Below are positions 47,314 to 50,780 of a stretch of 50,780 nt of DNA, piece by piece (position 1 is the stretch's first letter; the number at the start of each line of letters is the position of its first letter). The notes below the pieces were generated by a model, which was given only the letters and a program-made list of their open reading frames with translations, searched no databases and was not told the origin of the DNA. This DNA is from Nanobdellota archaeon (lineage in GTDB: Archaea > Nanobdellota > Nanobdellia > Woesearchaeales > SM23-78), in assembly GCA_018819305.1 (NCBI GenBank), contig JAHJQO010000006.1:1-50780 (forward strand), given 5' to 3'. The translations under genes were made by a program, and so were the position numbers.

Positions 47314-48243
47314 ATGAATAATATGAGCAAGAAAAAGAGAAAATTAATTAATAGAAATATCATCATCTCTTTTGCAGTTGGTATTCTATTCATGTTACTT
47401 ATTGTTTTAGCTTTTAATCTTTTAAAATCTGGTCAGGCAGAATTTAATGAGGAAGAGGATTTGTCAAGAGGCTTGAATCTTATCTTCTATGCTGACAGGT
47501 ATGAATCTCAGGAAGCTTTTGATAATGACATAATTTTTTTAATGAGTGAATTGAAAAAAAGAGAGCCTTGGGGTTCATATAATAATTTCAACATTTACAA
47601 AATTAATCCTATGAATGAGAAAGAGATTTGTGTTGTAGAAACTGAAAACCTGAGAAAACCAAGTCTTCGCTGCTCAGAAGAAATCAATAATTACCTCCAA
47701 AAAATAAATGTTAAGAGATTTAAAGTGATTGTTTTATCAAGGCAAGAATTTGAATCATGGGCTAATGTTGCCAGGTTAAAAAATTCAGGAGTTTTTTTTA
47801 GTGTTTCAAAAAGACTAAACAAAGACAACTCTGAGAGTTATGGAACCTTATTCACACACCTTATAGGGCATGCTTTTGGTCTTAAAGATGAAGAAATTTA
47901 TGTGGTTGCTAAATCAGGAGGTGCTCCTCACACGCCAGACGGACCAAACTGCGCACCAGACATAGAAACAGCAGAAAGTTGGTGGGGTGATCTAGCAAAA
48001 GAGTTCATTGACGTGGGAATATACAAAGGTTGCTGTGGAAACAAGGAATACATTAAGCCTGCCTCCAATTCAGTAATGAATCTTAATGAAATTAGATCTT
48101 CTGATGTTGATTATGGTCCTGTTTCAGAAAGATATCTAAGAAACTTTTTAAAATTCTGCTTTTCAGGTAAGAAATATTCTTATAATGATAATATGGATTT
48201 CTTTGAAAGATATCCTGAGTTTAAAGAATGCCTTAATGATTAA
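47314..48243 (+). CDS. Membrane-anchored M64-like metallopeptidase homolog lacking the catalytic Glu
   Basis: N-terminal TM; EPWGSYNNFNIY; THLIGHAFGLKDEE in place of HExGH; PNC, GCC, NSVMN, YGPVS. Confidence 0.6.
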   Translation: MNNMSKKKRKLINRNIIISFAVGILFMLLIVLAFNLLKSGQAEFNEEEDLSRGLNLIFYADRYESQEAFDNDIIFLMSELKKREPWGSYNNFNIYKINPMNEKEICVVETENLRKPSLRCSEEINNYLQKINVKRFKVIVLSRQEFESWANVARLKNSGVFFSVSKRLNKDNSESYGTLFTHLIGHAFGLKDEEIYVVAKSGGAPHTPDGPNCAPDIETAESWWGDLAKEFIDVGIYKGCCGNKEYIKPASNSVMNLNEIRSSDVDYGPVSERYLRNFLKFCFSGKKYSYNDNMDFFERYPEFKECLND

Positions 48244-48296
48244 CGTAGTGTGGTTAATCCAAAACAGTTTTAAATTAATTCTTTTTCTTTCTTAGC

Positions 48297-48956
48297 ATGA
48301 AGACATTTTTCATAGAAGCAAGATACAAGGGAAAAATTAAACTTCCTGATGAACTAATAGATAAACTTCCAAACAAGATAGTTTTGTTCACAACAGTGCA
48401 GTTTCTTGACAGTGTTGATAATATTAAAAAGAAACTTGAAAAAAAACAAAAAAAAGTTTTGCTTCTCAAAACAGAGCACACAAAGCATGCTGGACAATTG
48501 CTTGGCTGCAATATCAAAGAGTTTAAACAAGACTTTGACGCATTCTTATATATTGGAGATGGAATGTTTCATCCAAAGGCATTATTGTTGAAAAACTCTA
48601 AGCCTGTCTTTGCCTTTAATCCTTTTTCAAAAAAGTTTTTTAAGCTTGAGGAAAAAGAAATTAATGACATGAAAAAAAAGCAAAAAGGAGCTCTAATGAA
48701 ATTCATGGCAAGCAAAGAAATCGGAGTTCTGGTGAGCACCAAGCCAGGACAGAATAAATTAAAACAAGCCCAGACGCTTGAAAAAAAGTTTCCTGAAAAA
48801 AAATTCTACTTCTTAATGTTCGACACAATAGATTTCGCAGAGCTAGAGAACTTTCCATTTGTAGAGTGCTTTGTCAATACTGCATGTCCAAGAATAGCTT
48901 TTGATGAAGCTGAGAAGATAAGAAAGCCAATTGTTAATATTGAAGATTTATTCTAA
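48297..48956 (+). CDS. dph2: Diphthamide synthesis protein Dph2-like, short form
   Basis: TTVQF, GQLLGC, YIGDGMFHP, VSTKPGQ, VNTACPRIAFD. Confidence 0.85.
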   Translation: MKTFFIEARYKGKIKLPDELIDKLPNKIVLFTTVQFLDSVDNIKKKLEKKQKKVLLLKTEHTKHAGQLLGCNIKEFKQDFDAFLYIGDGMFHPKALLLKNSKPVFAFNPFSKKFFKLEEKEINDMKKKQKGALMKFMASKEIGVLVSTKPGQNKLKQAQTLEKKFPEKKFYFLMFDTIDFAELENFPFVECFVNTACPRIAFDEAEKIRKPIVNIEDLF

Positions 48957-48994
48957 GAATAAATTGTGATAATTTTTCATAAAAAAACAAGTCT

Positions 48995-49825
48995 TTAATT
49001 TAATTTCTTTCTAGTTTTTCTTTTAGGTAGATAATTTTCTTTAGAAATTACACTTTTTCCAATATTTTTCTCTATATCTTTTCTTGTTCGCTTTGCGATG
49101 TTCCCGCCTTTATTAGCAGATTCTTTGCATTCAATAAATCCTTGAGAATTTTTTTCTATCGTAATGTCGGTTGTTGCCTTCTCACCTATCATTGTAAGAA
49201 TAAGTTCCCAGTCAGTCATATGATCTCTTAAGTTCTGGTTTTTCTTCTGTATTTTTTTGAACTCTTTGTATTCACCAACTGTTTTACCAAATGTAGCTTT
49301 ACTAATCTCATTAGTTAGTATTGAGAATTCTTTTTCTGTTTTAATCTCTCTGTTTTTCCACTCATCTGTTAATTCCTGTCTTATTACTATTCCACGAAGC
49401 CTTTTGTCAATCCATTCCTTTGGATAACCTTTAAGCTCATAATATTCCTTAATTCTATCCTGACCAAGCTCAGGATTCTCAATCTCCTCAATTCTCTCAT
49501 AACCAACCTGTGCTAACCATTGCTTAAATGGTTCTGCTCTTTTAGAAGGAATTGATTGGATTATTCTAAAAAGAGATTTAGTATTAGCACAATCTGTTTC
49601 TCTAAGTTTTCCATCTGGTGCTTCTAATTTCAACTGTACCCAAATTGGGGACAGTTCAAAAGCCTTAAATTCCCTGTCTTTAATCTTGCCCCAGTACTGC
49701 CTTGGTGTTGGACTATCTGTTAAAACTGCAACAACATCAACTACTGAGAAATACCATTCATTATTATGCCAGATTCGCCTGATTTTCCTATCTTGAAAAA
49801 CCACGAGTTTGTTCTTTTCATTCAT
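48995..49825 (-). CDS. Bro-N domain protein (phage antirepressor-like)
   Basis: KIRRIWHNNEWYFSVVDVV..DGKLRETDCA..QSIPSKRAEPFKQWLA..NLRDHMTD. Confidence 0.9.
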   Translation of the reverse strand: MNEKNKLVVFQDRKIRRIWHNNEWYFSVVDVVAVLTDSPTPRQYWGKIKDREFKAFELSPIWVQLKLEAPDGKLRETDCANTKSLFRIIQSIPSKRAEPFKQWLAQVGYERIEEIENPELGQDRIKEYYELKGYPKEWIDKRLRGIVIRQELTDEWKNREIKTEKEFSILTNEISKATFGKTVGEYKEFKKIQKKNQNLRDHMTDWELILTMIGEKATTDITIEKNSQGFIECKESANKGGNIAKRTRKDIEKNIGKSVISKENYLPKRKTRKKLN

Positions 49826-49879
49826 TAATTAATAAGCAGAATGTTTTTATTTATAAACCCTACGCAAGAATGTCCAGTG

Positions 49880-49961
49880 GAGATTTTCGCCCGCTTCACT
49901 CTCAAAATCTCGTAAAATGCATGTCAGTACAACATAAAGCTAAAAAAAGCTTTAGTTGTAC
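49880..49961. repeat. Two-hairpin element related to the interior of 12084-12213; second stem loosely attC-like
   Basis: GAGATTTT..AAAATCTC, then GTACAAC-A-TAAAGCT..AGCTTTA-GTTGTAC. Confidence 0.4.
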
Positions 49962-49993
49962 GTAATTCCCAAAAAAAATATTTATTTTTTTAT

Positions 49994-50593
49994 TTATCTT
50001 GAAGCATCTGCCTGTCTTTCGACTTCAAACTTCTTAGAAATTGCTAATGAATCATTAGACATGTTGAATGCTGCGATTATTTCTTTTGCAAGGCTTTGCT
50101 CTGCGCTTATCTTTGAATTAAATGCTTTATGATATGCACCCTGCACAAAGAACTTGAGTGCTGTGTCAATTCTTCTCTGAGGCGCGCATTCAACAGATTT
50201 AGGATAACGAGCACCACCATATTCAATGGTTATGATTTCTTCTCTTGGAGCAGCATTTTCAATTGCCTGAACCAGTACTTCAATAGGGTTTTTCTTGGTC
50301 TTTGCCTCAATAATTTTTAATGCTTCTTCAACAATTCTTGCAGAACCTGCACCTTTGCCAGTGCAATGGCCACTTGACCTAAAATGTTTCTTACCTTTGT
50401 GTCCAGGTGTCATGACTTTGTTGATAAGTCTTTCAACTATGAAAAGTTTTGATTTATGGAATCTGTTGCCTGCATATCTTGCTCCTGTTACTGGAACAAT
50501 GACTGGATTTACATTAATATATTTAATCAATCCAGGGTCTTTTACTTTTATACCTGAACAGTCCCATTTATTAAATGCTAATATTTGTATCAT
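49994..50593 (-). CDS. rps7: 30S ribosomal protein S7 (uS7)
   Basis: IVERLINKVM..NPIEVLVQAIENAAPREE..APQRRID..KKFEVERQADASR. Confidence 0.96.
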   Translation of the reverse strand: MIQILAFNKWDCSGIKVKDPGLIKYINVNPVIVPVTGARYAGNRFHKSKLFIVERLINKVMTPGHKGKKHFRSSGHCTGKGAGSARIVEEALKIIEAKTKKNPIEVLVQAIENAAPREEIITIEYGGARYPKSVECAPQRRIDTALKFFVQGAYHKAFNSKISAEQSLAKEIIAAFNMSNDSLAISKKFEVERQADASR

Positions 50594-50780
50594 ACTATTG
50601 AGGAGAAAAAGTAACGGTTTATAAAGGTTTTTGTTCTAACAGCTCCATCCATTAAATGATTTTGTATTCTTTTGTGGTTTAATAGGAAGGATTCGTATTT
50701 TTATTGAAAAAGTTACTTTTTTCTTGGAAAAAGTAACTTTTTGTTTTTAGAATGTTTCATTTTATGCTTTTTCTTTTATA

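Noticed and set aside
41862-49825. Prophage (fibre plus Bro-N)
   Set aside because: No capsid, terminase, portal or integrase; the fibre has a signal peptide; dph2 lies between the genes
1-50780. Alternative genetic code or stop-codon recoding
   Set aside because: Conserved genes are full length under code 11 and TAA, TAG and TGA all act as stops

Overview
Chromosomal segment of a DPANN archaeon, most consistent with Woesearchaeales. This is inferred from archaeal informational genes (aIF-2alpha, aIF-1A, Nop10, GINS, eL42, eS27, eL37, eS8, uS7, SmAP, Dph2), an intron-containing tRNA-Leu(UAG), TATA/BRE promoters, GAGGTG Shine-Dalgarno sites, and bacterial-type rpe/rpiB/lspA. Main blocks: (1) an orphan JAB/MPN-motif protein plus carbon genes (rpe, rpiB, eno); (2) an 11.6-kb type IV/Tad-like pilus locus with a vWA-domain putative tip adhesin; (3) the GINS-rpl44e-rps27e-aIF2a-nop10-PAC2 cluster interrupted by a purine nucleoside phosphorylase; (4) S-layer genes; (5) a ~1.8-kb islet bounded by 18-bp direct repeats and holding an integrase-like relic; (6) a DUF5320-DUF134-ZIP-CcdA unit with palindromic operators; (7) an APC permease-methyltransferase fusion plus a paralogous fragment; (8) an HTH-anchor-fibre-peptidase-like operon whose 1172-aa secreted protein is built from tandem phage-tail-fibre-like repeats, with a compositionally distinct Gly-rich tip. 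The most novel-looking items are the modular fibre operon, a family of ~50-bp twin-hairpin intergenic elements with flanking short direct repeats (one apparently re-creating the rps27e start), and the transporter-methyltransferase fusion. All family calls come from motif recognition by eye; no searches were run.
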